DNA of 64,000 nucleotides from Endomicrobiia bacterium (GCA_039630545.1 JBCNUU010000002.1:190382-254381), one strand, 5' to 3'. Counted from the first letter of the stretch, positions 21,557 to 32,576 are shown. Notes: generated by a model from the sequence alone, not told the origin. Numbers and translations are program-made.

Positions 21557-22791
21557 TTTTTAGTATTTTAATAATGATATCCTACAGTGTTATAGAGTTT
21601 ATGTTTAAGTTTTTGATTTCTAAATATAAATATGAAATTATTTATGTCGTCTCTTTGATATTTTTATTTATCTTATACCTAAGCACACCTGTAAAAGAGT
21701 TTTTTATTTTTTCTTTGTTGATAATATTGGTTACTATTCTTTATAATTTAAATGAAGAAAATAGAAAACAGAAAATAGAAAATAATTATCTTCCACAAAT
21801 AAAAAGTTTGGAGGAAAAATTAAATGAATACTGTAAGAAAAAACAGGAGATATCTTCACAATGGGAAAATTTAGAAAAAGAAATGAGAAATATTTTTAAT
21901 ATGTTTTATTTAGTTGAAGAAATAAATAAAAATTTAAGTGTAGAAAAAATAATAAAAGAGGTATATGATGCAATAAAGGACACATATCCCAACTTAATAA
22001 AATATATTGGATTGATAAAAGGTTCGAAAAGAGAGATAACATCTATTGTCGAATATCCTCAACCTAGGAGATATATCAGTGAGTTAGCACTTTTTAATGT
22101 CAGAAAAGATATAATAGTATTTGGTGAGTTTAATATTTATGTTTTTGATTTTGCATTTAATGGTGAAGAGTTGAAAATTTTAGTGGAGTATCAACCTGTA
22201 GAGTTAGATGTGGAATTTTTAGGATTTATTGATTTTATTTTTTCAAAGATAAAGTTAACTTTAAAACGAGCATTGCTTTTTAAGGAAATAGAGGAACTTT
22301 CAAGGATAGATGGTTTAACTTCTTTATATTTGAGAAGATATATACTAAAAAAATTACAGGAAGAAACTATTAGGTCATATAGATATAATACAGTGTATTC
22401 TCTTCTTATGATTGATATAGATTTCTTTAAAAAAGTAAATGATACATATGGACATCTTGTAGGAGATAAAGTTTTAGTTGAACTATCCAGAATATTGAAA
22501 GAATATATAGGGGGAAAAGGTTTAATTTCAAGATGGGGAGGCGAGGAGTTTTTGGTTTTGCTTCCCTATACAGAAAAAAAAGAAGCTCATTTAATTGCTG
22601 AAAATTTAAGAAAAATAGTGGAAGAAACAAAATTTTGTATGGATGATGTTAGTTTAAATATTACAGTTAGTATAGGAGTAAGTTGCTTCCCTCAAGATGG
22701 TGTAGACTACAATCAAGTAATTACTGTAGCTGATGGGATGTTGTATGAAGCTAAAAAATCTGGAAGAAATAAAGTAATAAGTAGTAGATAA
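21541..22791 (+). CDS. Membrane-anchored diguanylate cyclase (GGEEF)
   Basis: RIDGLTSL, DIDFFKKVNDTYGH, RWGGEEF, no RxxD. Overlaps the previous gene by 16 nt. Confidence 0.92.
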   Translation: MPKEIIFSILIMISYSVIEFMFKFLISKYKYEIIYVVSLIFLFILYLSTPVKEFFIFSLLIILVTILYNLNEENRKQKIENNYLPQIKSLEEKLNEYCKKKQEISSQWENLEKEMRNIFNMFYLVEEINKNLSVEKIIKEVYDAIKDTYPNLIKYIGLIKGSKREITSIVEYPQPRRYISELALFNVRKDIIVFGEFNIYVFDFAFNGEELKILVEYQPVELDVEFLGFIDFIFSKIKLTLKRALLFKEIEELSRIDGLTSLYLRRYILKKLQEETIRSYRYNTVYSLLMIDIDFFKKVNDTYGHLVGDKVLVELSRILKEYIGGKGLISRWGGEEFLVLLPYTEKKEAHLIAENLRKIVEETKFCMDDVSLNITVSIGVSCFPQDGVDYNQVITVADGMLYEAKKSGRNKVISSR

Positions 22792-22846
22792 AATACATCT
22801 CTTTTATTTTTTCTTATTTAAGTTTACCCTAAAATTTACATAACTA

Positions 22847-22875
22847 TTGACATGCTAATTTTTTATTTATATAAT
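22847..22875 (+). promoter_or_regulatory. Consensus sigma70 promoter for the GH9 block
   Basis: TTGACA (22847-22852), 17-bp spacer, TATAAT (22870-22875): a perfect consensus. Confidence 0.85.
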
Positions 22876-22878
22876 TAT

Positions 22879-22895
22879 TAATACAGGTAATAACA
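22879..22895 (+). promoter_or_regulatory. Candidate operator (motif copy 2), TAATACA-GGT-AATAACA, over the predicted transcription start
   Basis: Starts 4 nt after the -10 box; shared with three other intergenic sites. Confidence 0.6.
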
Positions 22896-22921
22896 AGTTT
22901 AAATAATGGAGAAAAATAAAA

Positions 22922-25900
22922 ATGAAGATAAATTTTTTGTGCTTAATGATTTTTTTAACTTTAAATTTATACTCTCTTCCTTCCATAAATAATATTACAG
23001 TACAAAATAATCCTAAATATTTGCTTAAAGGTCAATCCTATGTGGTAAGTTTTTCTTATTCAGGAGGTAATCAACCAAATCAAGATACTATTTTTTATGC
23101 TATTGGACTTTCTACTAACACTATAGCAGAAAAGACTAATTCTCAAACTACTCCGGCACCGGATTATTATCTTACTACTGATGATGGAAGCTCCTCAGTT
23201 AACAGCAATGGTACAGGAATTGTAAGTAGTAACTATGGTAAAAGACTTCCTGGTGATTCTGGGACTAAAACCATCACAATAACGATTCCTACACATATTC
23301 CTGATGGAGAATACTATATAGTTGTAATAGCAAGAGATTACTACTTAGATCAAGCAACAGATTTTAGCTATGGAGTTTCAAATACTAAGTTTGTTGTAGC
23401 TTTTAATCAACCACCTAAGATATTTGATTTGAGTTTTCCTTTGATAGGTAGTACTTCTACAATATTTAATTTCTCTGCAAGAATAGAAGATCCAGAAGAA
23501 CAAACCGTTAGTTGTAGTTTATATATTGATAATCAATTAGTTCTTCCATTTCAGGCTAAATCTTCAGGAGAGACTTGGAGTTATCAGACTTCTCTTTCTT
23601 TAGGAGAACATTCTTATAAGTGGGTTGCTTACGATATTTTTAATTCTACTTCAGTTTATACAGGAGTTTTAAAAGTAACTCAAAATTTTCCTGAAATACA
23701 GGATTTAACTTCTCCTTCAACAGGTAGCATTCATACTACTTTTAATTTTAAATGTATAGTTATAGATCCTGAAAATGAAAATGTAAAAGTCGTTTTGAAA
23801 ATCAATGACAGAGAAGTGTTTAATGACACAAAACCATCGGGATCAGAATTTTTTTATATAATTTCTGGAAATCAACTTGGAGGAATAGGGGATTATACCT
23901 ATCGTTGGGAAGCCGAGGATATAAACGGCAACAAATCCTCTGCAGTTGTAGGATTAGTGAGTGTAAGAGGAGATTCTCCTCCAATTTTAGAAAATAAAGT
24001 ATCACCTTTAGCACCACTTTATGGAGACTTTGATACGCAATTTTTATTAGAGGTTAAAGCAGTCCCAACTGATAATCCGATAAGTAAAGTTGAGCTCTAC
24101 ATAGATGGTAGTTTAAAGACACCAACTTTTGATAGTAATTCTCAAACTTACAAATTTCAAATTCAAGGAAGCCAACTTGGATGGGGAGAACACAAGTATA
24201 GGTGGATAGCTTTTGACTCTAAAAATAATCAGTCTAACCCAGTAGAGGGTTTAATTAGAGTAGCTTCTAATAGAATAAAAGTTAATCAGATAGGATATCT
24301 TCCCAACTATAAAAAAATTGCCTTTGTTACTTACTCAGATACCAAACTATGGAATAGTTATTCATCTCAAGGTACTCCTCCTACTAATCCAGCCAGTATA
24401 GCTAGAGTAATAGATGTTAAAACAGGCAGGGTGGTTTTAGATAATATATCGCTTCCAACTCCAGAATGGGATGAAAATTCTTGGGACTATGTTCAGGAAA
24501 TTGATTTTTCTAGTTTAACACAAGAAGGAATCTATTGTATAGAAGTTCCAGGTATAGGAAGATCATGTTGGTTTAGGATTTCTAACAATGTATATTACGA
24601 TGTATTTAAGACAGTTTTCAGATCTTATTATCTTCAAAGATGTGGTATAAGTATAAACGACAAGATAAGTGGAGTTTATCATGATGTTTGTCATGTAAAT
24701 GATGCTTTATATTTTAGAAGAAACGATGCTCCTACTTTAAAATTCGATGCTGGAACTCCTAATAAAGGAGGAAGTGATACTATAGGAACTGCTCTTAAGG
24801 TGGTCCCTTCAGGATATTTTAGAGGAGGTTGGCATGATGCAGGAGATTATAATAAATATGCTACTACTATAGCTACAGTTCTTTTACAATTTTTCTGGAA
24901 ATATGAAAAGTTTCATTATCTTTTTCAAGATGACGATTTAGATATACCTGAAAGTGGTAATGGAATCCCAGACATTTTAGACGAAGCGAAATATGCAGTT
25001 GAATTTTTACTTAAAATGCAGATACCCAGAGGTGGGTTAGGTGATCCTTCAATAGGAATATATGTTGACTCTAAATATGCTGGAGCTGTATATCATAAAT
25101 GTACTAATTATGATTTTGGTCCGTTTATTACTCCTGACATAGACGGATTAGCAAGATATATAGCAGGAATAACACCTACTGATGTTGGTTTATTTGCAGG
25201 TTGTATGGCACAAGCAGCAAGAATATACAAAGATTACTTCCCAGAACTTGCTCAAAGAGCAAAGCAAGCAGCTATTTTTGCTTGGGAGTGGTTAGAGACT
25301 ATTCCAGAAAATGATCCTTCGTGGATAGCTGGAGGTACAGGTCAACAACCAGAAAATATGCATACAGGTCCATATCTTTCGCGTGCAGGAGATATAGATG
25401 AAAGATTTGTTGCAGCTGTTGAGTTGTTTAAACTTACAGGTGAAAAAAAATATGAGGATTACATACTTTCAAAATATCAAGATGAAAATAACTGGAAGAC
25501 AGAATTGGGAGCTCCTGTAGATACCATTTATCCTTTTAATTGGGCAGATATGCATACTTTAGGAATGTTTGATTATTTTGATCTGTTACAAGAAAAAATT
25601 GATAAAAACGAAGTTCTTACTCCAGCTCAACAACAAGCATACAATTTTATTAAAGAAAAAATATTTGCTACTGCAGACAGAGTAGTTAAGGTTGTAAACA
25701 ACCAGTACGTTTTTCCTACAACTCCCTATAACTATCCATCAGATGGGAAAAAATATAACAACAAATATAGAGTAGCTTTAGTGGGAGGATATAAGTTTAG
25801 CGGATATGGAGAAGGAGATTGGCCTTATTACAATGAGTTTGTGTGGGCATCAAACAAATTAGCTGTTGCTTATGCTGAAATTTTGATTTTCGCTTATGAG

Positions 25901-28876
25901 CTTTCAAAAAAGTTGGGTCAACCTAAGCCAGAATATATAGATGCCGCACTCGATCAATTGCACTATGTACTAGGTAGAAATGCTGTTAATAAGTGTTTTG
26001 TTACAGGCATAGGTTGGAATCAAGTTGCTAAGCCTCATCATAGATATTGTCAGCCTGCTCAGGTTATGATCCCGGGACAGTTAGTAGGAGGGCCAAACAA
26101 AGATGGTGCTGATTATACGAAACCTAATGAAACTTCATCTGTAGATTTAAAATCACCTGCAGGAGATCCAATGGAGACAACACCTCATCCTTATCCAAGA
26201 TATGATCATCCTTATGGAATTTTAAAAAAAGGAGATCCTTATCCTATAGCTAAGAGTTACTTTGATGATTGGAATGCTTATGCTTCCAACGAGTATGCTA
26301 TTGATTATCCGATAGGTTTAGTATTAGTTGCTAAATATTTTTCTCCTAAAGGACCTTCCTTGCCAAAAGTTAGGATACTATCTCCAACCGAAAACACACC
26401 TGTAGACAGTTACTCAATGATAATAAAAGCGTCTGTTGATAATCCTTCAAAAGTAAAAATCGTACAGTTTAATGTAGATGGTGGCACATGGCAAACAATG
26501 AAAGATGAAGGTGGTGGAGTTTACTCTGCTTTTTATAATGATGGTTCCAACAAACCTTATAACCCTAATGAAGATTTTGTTGTTACTAGATGGGATCACC
26601 AGGGAGCTAATTTTCAGACATTAGGTAGAGGCTGGAGTGGAGTATACGGAGATGATGGAGGTTCTTTGGTTAATGGAAGAAATTTACAAGGAGCAGGAGC
26701 TGATGCTTTATTGGTTTCTTCTTTACCGGATGGTAGTTCTCCTAGATCTGGTAATTATTGTGCTTTGTTTTCTTGGGATTTTAGACCGTTTGATCCTATA
26801 AGAAGTAGTATAGGATATGCTTATGCTGGTCAAGCAGCATTTTTTTATTCTGGAGAAACTAGTTATCATGATATTTCTAATTATACAGGACTTTACGTAT
26901 GGTTATGGGGTGATTATAGTAATATTGAGAATGGTGATGACTCAGTGGGTGCCTTAGTAAGAGTGCAACTTACAGATATTACAAAAGGCTCCACCAAAGA
27001 ATCTGGGTGTGAGTGGTGGGGAGTAAATTTAATGGTAAAACCAGGATGGAACAGATATGTAATACCTCTTTCTAAGTTTAGGGTTCCTGCTTGGGCTACT
27101 CCTGGAAATGGTTTAGATGATGGTATATTTAACACTAAAAGGATAAGAGGAGTTGAGTTTGTAGCAGAAACCGCTGATGTAAAAGGAACAATAGCAATAG
27201 ATGACATAGTTTTCTATAAAGGTTATCTTCCTCCTACAGAAAACGTAGATTTAGAAATATCAGATTTGGAATTTGAACAAAATGGTGTAAAAATTTCTGT
27301 AGGAGAAGTAAATAAAGAAATTAAAATAAATGCTTTGTTGAAAAATAAAACTTTCTGTCATGTTATAAATGTAAGGGTAATAGATGAAAACGATATGATC
27401 TGTGCTGATAGTGTGGTGGTTCCTTCAAGAAACAATGTTAATTTAAACCTTACATACACATTTTTTATAGACATAAATAAAAATGGAAAATATGATAGTT
27501 CCATTGATACCATTCTGCACACAAAACAAACTTCTTTTAAAGGTTCAGTAGTGCTTTCCGCTAGTTATACTCCTACCAATACTGGAGAATATATCATAGG
27601 TTTGATAGTAGATCCTTTAAACGAAATACCAGAAGATTCAGAACTCAATAACGTTATTACTAAAGCTCTTTATGTAGGAACTACTGCGATAGGTGGTTCT
27701 GATAATAACCAACAAAACACAGATTCCTCAGGGTCAGGAGGTAGTGGTGGAAATACAGGAGGGAATAATTCTATTACAGATACTACTCCACCTTCTAAAA
27801 TTACAAATCTTGCTGTAACATTAATTAACAACAAGGTAGGAAGAGTTCTTCTAACCTGGAGTTCTCCAGGGGATGACGGAAATAGTGGAAATTTTACAGG
27901 TGTTTTTATCTTGAAGTACTTAAGAACTGAAAGTTTGCCAGAAAATTATAACTGGCAGGATGAAAATGTAGTGACCATAAGTATTTCTACTTCAAATGTT
28001 AACGTTGGCAGTTTGCAACAATTTACTTTAGGACCTCTTGTGTTGAATTCTACTTATTATTTTAGGATATGGTCAAAAGATGATTCTAATAATTTATCTG
28101 AAGGTTCAAATATCGTTGGTATTTATGTGCCGTATACGGTAGAATCAACTACTAAGACTATTCAAAACACTACTTCTTTGCCTTATGCAGAAATAATTCC
28201 TAATTTAGGTTTTGTTAATGAAAGAAGAAGTTTTACATTAATAATAAATCCTAATGTCATACAAGGAGAAGGAATTGACTACATTCTTATAAGTGTACCT
28301 TTATGCAACACTCCTATATTGAAAAATATAATTATTAATAATCAAGTGGTAAAACCAAAACAAGTAAAAATATTTTCTAACCAAATAGAAATTTTACTTA
28401 GCTCAAAAGTTTCTTCTTTAATAAAAATTGAATTTTCTGTAAATTTACCTTCTTATACAAACAATATACAACTCATAGTGGAAACAGGTTTAAGTGAATA
28501 TCTAACAGATACATTTGTTTGTGTTGGAAAAGATACAGATGGAATAAATGGTAACTCAGACGATCTTTATATTAAAGTTAATCCAAGAAGTTTTGAAATA
28601 GATAACATAGTAGCATATCCATCGCCAGTTAAAGCCGATAAGATATACTTTATTTATAGACTTTCTCAAACCTCAAAACAAGTAAAAATCTATATCTTTA
28701 GCATGTTTGGAATTCTTATAGATGTAATAGATGGTAGCTGTCAAGGTGGCTACAATGAAGTTTTGTGGGAAAAAGTTAATAAGATTGGTAATGGTGTATA
28801 TCTTTATAAAATAGAAGCTGAAAGTTTAAATGGAGAAAAGGTTGTAAGGTGGGATAAGTTTTCAGTTTTAAGATAA
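22922..28876 (+). CDS. Large secreted multidomain GH9: signal, three Ig-like repeats, CelD-N Ig, GH9, Ig/CBM11-like/CARDB-like, Gly/Ser linker, FN3-like, C-terminal sorting-like domain
   Basis: IKVNQIGY, YYLQRCG, GGWHDAGDYNKY, LHYVLGRN, PHHR, YASNEYAIDY; C-terminus YPSPV...GVYLYKI...KFSVLR. Confidence 0.9.
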   Translation: MKINFLCLMIFLTLNLYSLPSINNITVQNNPKYLLKGQSYVVSFSYSGGNQPNQDTIFYAIGLSTNTIAEKTNSQTTPAPDYYLTTDDGSSSVNSNGTGIVSSNYGKRLPGDSGTKTITITIPTHIPDGEYYIVVIARDYYLDQATDFSYGVSNTKFVVAFNQPPKIFDLSFPLIGSTSTIFNFSARIEDPEEQTVSCSLYIDNQLVLPFQAKSSGETWSYQTSLSLGEHSYKWVAYDIFNSTSVYTGVLKVTQNFPEIQDLTSPSTGSIHTTFNFKCIVIDPENENVKVVLKINDREVFNDTKPSGSEFFYIISGNQLGGIGDYTYRWEAEDINGNKSSAVVGLVSVRGDSPPILENKVSPLAPLYGDFDTQFLLEVKAVPTDNPISKVELYIDGSLKTPTFDSNSQTYKFQIQGSQLGWGEHKYRWIAFDSKNNQSNPVEGLIRVASNRIKVNQIGYLPNYKKIAFVTYSDTKLWNSYSSQGTPPTNPASIARVIDVKTGRVVLDNISLPTPEWDENSWDYVQEIDFSSLTQEGIYCIEVPGIGRSCWFRISNNVYYDVFKTVFRSYYLQRCGISINDKISGVYHDVCHVNDALYFRRNDAPTLKFDAGTPNKGGSDTIGTALKVVPSGYFRGGWHDAGDYNKYATTIATVLLQFFWKYEKFHYLFQDDDLDIPESGNGIPDILDEAKYAVEFLLKMQIPRGGLGDPSIGIYVDSKYAGAVYHKCTNYDFGPFITPDIDGLARYIAGITPTDVGLFAGCMAQAARIYKDYFPELAQRAKQAAIFAWEWLETIPENDPSWIAGGTGQQPENMHTGPYLSRAGDIDERFVAAVELFKLTGEKKYEDYILSKYQDENNWKTELGAPVDTIYPFNWADMHTLGMFDYFDLLQEKIDKNEVLTPAQQQAYNFIKEKIFATADRVVKVVNNQYVFPTTPYNYPSDGKKYNNKYRVALVGGYKFSGYGEGDWPYYNEFVWASNKLAVAYAEILIFAYELSKKLGQPKPEYIDAALDQLHYVLGRNAVNKCFVTGIGWNQVAKPHHRYCQPAQVMIPGQLVGGPNKDGADYTKPNETSSVDLKSPAGDPMETTPHPYPRYDHPYGILKKGDPYPIAKSYFDDWNAYASNEYAIDYPIGLVLVAKYFSPKGPSLPKVRILSPTENTPVDSYSMIIKASVDNPSKVKIVQFNVDGGTWQTMKDEGGGVYSAFYNDGSNKPYNPNEDFVVTRWDHQGANFQTLGRGWSGVYGDDGGSLVNGRNLQGAGADALLVSSLPDGSSPRSGNYCALFSWDFRPFDPIRSSIGYAYAGQAAFFYSGETSYHDISNYTGLYVWLWGDYSNIENGDDSVGALVRVQLTDITKGSTKESGCEWWGVNLMVKPGWNRYVIPLSKFRVPAWATPGNGLDDGIFNTKRIRGVEFVAETADVKGTIAIDDIVFYKGYLPPTENVDLEISDLEFEQNGVKISVGEVNKEIKINALLKNKTFCHVINVRVIDENDMICADSVVVPSRNNVNLNLTYTFFIDINKNGKYDSSIDTILHTKQTSFKGSVVLSASYTPTNTGEYIIGLIVDPLNEIPEDSELNNVITKALYVGTTAIGGSDNNQQNTDSSGSGGSGGNTGGNNSITDTTPPSKITNLAVTLINNKVGRVLLTWSSPGDDGNSGNFTGVFILKYLRTESLPENYNWQDENVVTISISTSNVNVGSLQQFTLGPLVLNSTYYFRIWSKDDSNNLSEGSNIVGIYVPYTVESTTKTIQNTTSLPYAEIIPNLGFVNERRSFTLIINPNVIQGEGIDYILISVPLCNTPILKNIIINNQVVKPKQVKIFSNQIEILLSSKVSSLIKIEFSVNLPSYTNNIQLIVETGLSEYLTDTFVCVGKDTDGINGNSDDLYIKVNPRSFEIDNIVAYPSPVKADKIYFIYRLSQTSKQVKIYIFSMFGILIDVIDGSCQGGYNEVLWEKVNKIGNGVYLYKIEAESLNGEKVVRWDKFSVLR

Positions 28877-28905
28877 TATAAAAATAGTTTTTTTCCTTCT
28901 CTATT

Positions 28906-31900
28906 ATGAACAGCAAAAAATCGATTTTAATTTTGTTTTTTAGTATTGTTTTTAGTATTATAAAAGCTGGTGATTATAACTATGTAGATGCAATGGCTAA
29001 AACTCTTATGTTTTTTGAAGCTAACAGATGTGGAAAAAAGGTCAACATTTATAATAGATTTAACTGGAGAGGCCCATGTCATATATATGATGGTATAGAT
29101 ATAGGTGAAGACCTCGAAGGAGGTTATCACGATGCTGGAGATCATGTGATATTTGGTATGCCACAAACATATTCATTTAGTACTCTTGGATGGGCGTATT
29201 ATGAAACTAAAGATGTATACGAAAGAACAGGACAGAAAGTCTGGATGCTAAGAACTTTAAAGTATTTTTCAGATTTTTTTATGAAATGTCATAGGAACCC
29301 TGATATATTTTACTATCAAAAAGGTGATGGAACAATAGATCATAACTATTGGGGACCTCCTGAAATTCAAACATATGATGACTACAAAATAGCAAGAGCC
29401 ATCAAACATAAAGCATCATCAGATACACCAGCAGGAGATGTAGCAGCAAATGCTGCAGCAGGTATGGCTTTGATGTATTTAAATTACAAAGATGAGGATT
29501 ATAATTATGCTGTTGATTGTTTAACACATTCTTTAACTCTTTATAGGTTAGCTAGAAAGTATGAAGGATTAGGAACGGGTGACGGGTTTTATACTCATGA
29601 CACATTTGAGGACGATATGTCATTTGCTGCAGTTTGGCTTGCAAGAGCCTCAAAAGATTATGGAGATCAACAAATAAAACAAGACTTTGGAAGTATATTA
29701 AACTCAATCTTTGAAGAAAATGTAGTTGACAGTACTGTTACTATTTATCAAAGGTTTTTAGACGACGCAAAACTTTATTTAAGAAGAAAAGCAGGAACTC
29801 AAGACCCTGATGATTTTCAATACGAACCTTTCTGGCCTTATTGTTGGGGAAACATTTTTATGGGTTCTGTATTACTTTATGGGTTGGAAGTTGATTCTTA
29901 TCTTAAATCCTTAGGAAAATCAAATCCATATTTAGCTCAAATAAGAAAAGTTTTAGGAAATTATGCTTCAGGAACTTCTTATTTTTCTAAAACTCCAGGA
30001 GGACTTACCTATCCTAATACCTGGGGTGTTTTAAGATATGTATCTGCTGCAATGTTTTGTTTTGGAGTTTATCTTAAATATAATCCACAAGAACCGAACT
30101 ATCAAAGTTGGCTTCAATATATTAAATCTCAGATTGATTATATTTTAGGAGATAATCCAAGAGTTACAATTGATGTAGATCATCCAGAAGGTTTTTCCAA
30201 TCCTGGTTCTTATATAGTAGGTTGGGGTAAAAACCCACCTAAACATCCACATCATAGAGCAGCTCATGGAAGCAGAACCAACAATATGAATCAACCAAGA
30301 TATCATAAACACACACTTTATGGTGCATTAGTAGGGGGACCTAATTCGAATGACGTTCATAATGATGTCACTACAGATTATGTATTGAATGAAGTAGCAA
30401 TCGATTATAATGCCTCAGCTGTTGCAGGTTTAAGTATCGCTTCATACTTCTGGGGAAACCAGCAAATGCCGCTGCCTGATCCAGAACCAGAACCTCATCC
30501 TGGTGATGAGATTTATATAACAGCAGTTATGGGACAGGATTCTGGACAAAGATCACAACCTGCTGTGTATCTATATGTAGATACTAACTATCCACCGCAG
30601 TTTGTGTCTGATTTATCTTATAAGTATTTTTTCGACATTACAGAAATATTGAAAGCTAGTTCTACTTATTCTCATCAAAATATTAAAGTAGAAACAGCAT
30701 ATAATCCAGTTTCTTCTGCTACAATTTCTTCAGTCTTACCGTATGATATTTCCAGAAATATTTACTATGTAGAAGTTAAGTATAATCAACCATTACCATT
30801 TTGTATTACTACACCTATATTTTCTCCATATGCACCATATCAGTTTGCTTTAGTATTTCAAAGTCCAACATGGGAAGAAATATGGGATTCAAGAAATGAT
30901 TATTCAAGAATAGCACTTTCTACAGGAAGCACAGCTCAGGAAGCTGTTAAAACATATAGAATTCCTGTTTATAAAAATGGAGTCCTTATTTATGGGACTG
31001 AACCTGCAAGGAGATTTGATCCATTGGACGAGCCTCCTAGAATTTTTATTTCTCGACCTTATCCAAACACAACCTTAAGTGGTAATATTTATTTAGAAGG
31101 TTCTGCAGTAGATGATAAAGGAATAGAAAATTTTGTTTTTTACATCCATAATCCAGATACCATGCAGATATTATATGTCTCTACAATTACTCAGTATGTA
31201 CAAGCTCACACTACTTATACATTTAACACTTTTTGGGACTCTAAAAATTATCCTAATGGTGTATACCTTGTCAGAATGTTAACCACAGATACAAATGGTC
31301 AAACAGCAGTAGCTATTGAGTGGATAAACATAGACCACACTTTTTCATCATCCCAAAATTCTTATCCTCAAGTAAAGATTGTGTTTCCTGAAAATAATAC
31401 TTCAATTCAAAATAATTTTGAAGTTAGAGCGAACATCACTGATTATACTTCTGTTGCCTATGCAGAGTTGTGGATAAATGGTATATTTGTAAGTTCAAAA
31501 ACATCCTCTCCATATAACTGGTTGATAAACATTTCAAGTTTTGTCGTAGGTTCTACTGTAAGCATAAAAGTAGTAGGTGTTAACATACTTGGTTTATCTA
31601 GTTTTGATGAAATAAAAATCTTTATATCTTCGTCTCCATTATCCGAATTTATAGCAGATATTATTTTTGTTTCTCCTTCCAGTGGAAGTGTAGTTTCTAG
31701 ACAGGTGGAAATAAATGTGAATATCATTTCTTCTTCTACGATTTCTAAAGTTGAATTTTATATAGATGGTATCTTGAAATTTACAGATACTATTTCTCCA
31801 TACATCTATCTCTGGAACACTTTAGAGATATCAAATGGTTCTCATACTATAACTGTATATGCCTATGATTTTTATGGAAGAGTTTCTTCTAAAACGATTT

Positions 31901-32481
31901 CTGTAGAAGTTTTAAATATTATAAATGATAACCCACCACAGATTTCAATTTTAAATCTCATGAATGGTGAAACTATAAACGCAGATAAAACAGTTACGAT
32001 CAATGTAAAAGATGACAAAAAAATAGATAAAGTAAAAATTAAAGTCGGCAATAAACCTGAAGTTGAATATGATCTATCTCAAGAAAATTTAAAAGAAGTA
32101 AATATTAATTATACAATAAACCTAACTTTTTTCTTACCAAATCTTTCTTATATTTTTCAAGTTTATGCTGTGGACAGTTCCAGTCAATCTTCATATTTAA
32201 ATTACTATTTCAGTATAGCAACATCCTCTCAAGAAACTGAAGATGGTGGTTTTAAGAAAATATATGTGATCTCAAATAATAAAGATCATATAAACGAAAA
32301 AATAGAATTTCCGTTTTCGGTAGATTTATTTGAAGTATTTGACTCAAGAGGCAAAAAAGTATCTTCTCAAAAAAATGTATTAAAATGGGAACCATCTAAA
32401 GAGATAAAAAGTGGTTTTTATAGTTATGTAATTTCACACCAATCTAAAACTTATAAGGGGATTATAATTATTTGCAGGTAA
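28906..32481 (+). CDS. Secreted GH9-CBM3(c) endoglucanase (processive type) with about four Big domains and a C-terminal sorting-like domain
   Basis: NYVDAMAKTLMFFEANRCG, GGYHDAGDH, WGVLRY, HPHHRAAHGS, NEVAIDYNA; CBM3 motifs YKYFFDITE, WDSRNDYS, IPVYKNGVLIYGTEP. Confidence 0.92.
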   Translation: MNSKKSILILFFSIVFSIIKAGDYNYVDAMAKTLMFFEANRCGKKVNIYNRFNWRGPCHIYDGIDIGEDLEGGYHDAGDHVIFGMPQTYSFSTLGWAYYETKDVYERTGQKVWMLRTLKYFSDFFMKCHRNPDIFYYQKGDGTIDHNYWGPPEIQTYDDYKIARAIKHKASSDTPAGDVAANAAAGMALMYLNYKDEDYNYAVDCLTHSLTLYRLARKYEGLGTGDGFYTHDTFEDDMSFAAVWLARASKDYGDQQIKQDFGSILNSIFEENVVDSTVTIYQRFLDDAKLYLRRKAGTQDPDDFQYEPFWPYCWGNIFMGSVLLYGLEVDSYLKSLGKSNPYLAQIRKVLGNYASGTSYFSKTPGGLTYPNTWGVLRYVSAAMFCFGVYLKYNPQEPNYQSWLQYIKSQIDYILGDNPRVTIDVDHPEGFSNPGSYIVGWGKNPPKHPHHRAAHGSRTNNMNQPRYHKHTLYGALVGGPNSNDVHNDVTTDYVLNEVAIDYNASAVAGLSIASYFWGNQQMPLPDPEPEPHPGDEIYITAVMGQDSGQRSQPAVYLYVDTNYPPQFVSDLSYKYFFDITEILKASSTYSHQNIKVETAYNPVSSATISSVLPYDISRNIYYVEVKYNQPLPFCITTPIFSPYAPYQFALVFQSPTWEEIWDSRNDYSRIALSTGSTAQEAVKTYRIPVYKNGVLIYGTEPARRFDPLDEPPRIFISRPYPNTTLSGNIYLEGSAVDDKGIENFVFYIHNPDTMQILYVSTITQYVQAHTTYTFNTFWDSKNYPNGVYLVRMLTTDTNGQTAVAIEWINIDHTFSSSQNSYPQVKIVFPENNTSIQNNFEVRANITDYTSVAYAELWINGIFVSSKTSSPYNWLINISSFVVGSTVSIKVVGVNILGLSSFDEIKIFISSSPLSEFIADIIFVSPSSGSVVSRQVEINVNIISSSTISKVEFYIDGILKFTDTISPYIYLWNTLEISNGSHTITVYAYDFYGRVSSKTISVEVLNIINDNPPQISILNLMNGETINADKTVTINVKDDKKIDKVKIKVGNKPEVEYDLSQENLKEVNINYTINLTFFLPNLSYIFQVYAVDSSSQSSYLNYYFSIATSSQETEDGGFKKIYVISNNKDHINEKIEFPFSVDLFEVFDSRGKKVSSQKNVLKWEPSKEIKSGFYSYVISHQSKTYKGIIIICR

Positions 32482-32576
32482 AATTTTTTGTGTATTTATT
32501 GATAAAATTTCAAAAAAATTGTAAATAATCTTAACAAATATAACTCTAGCATTTTTAGGAAGGAGGTTTTGTAATT

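Noticed and set aside
22792..22846. Intrinsic terminators at operon ends (also after 40360 and 62559)
   Set aside because: T-rich tracts are present, but there is no convincing GC-rich hairpin.
27470..27510. Dockerin-like DINKNGKYD motif in the large GH9
   Set aside because: It is a single Ca-loop-like motif. Dockerins need a duplicated ~22-aa repeat, and no cohesin is present.
32530..32547. Fifth copy of the direct-repeat operator (CTTAACAAATATAACTC) upstream of the 63-aa gene
   Set aside because: Too degenerate to separate from AT-rich background.
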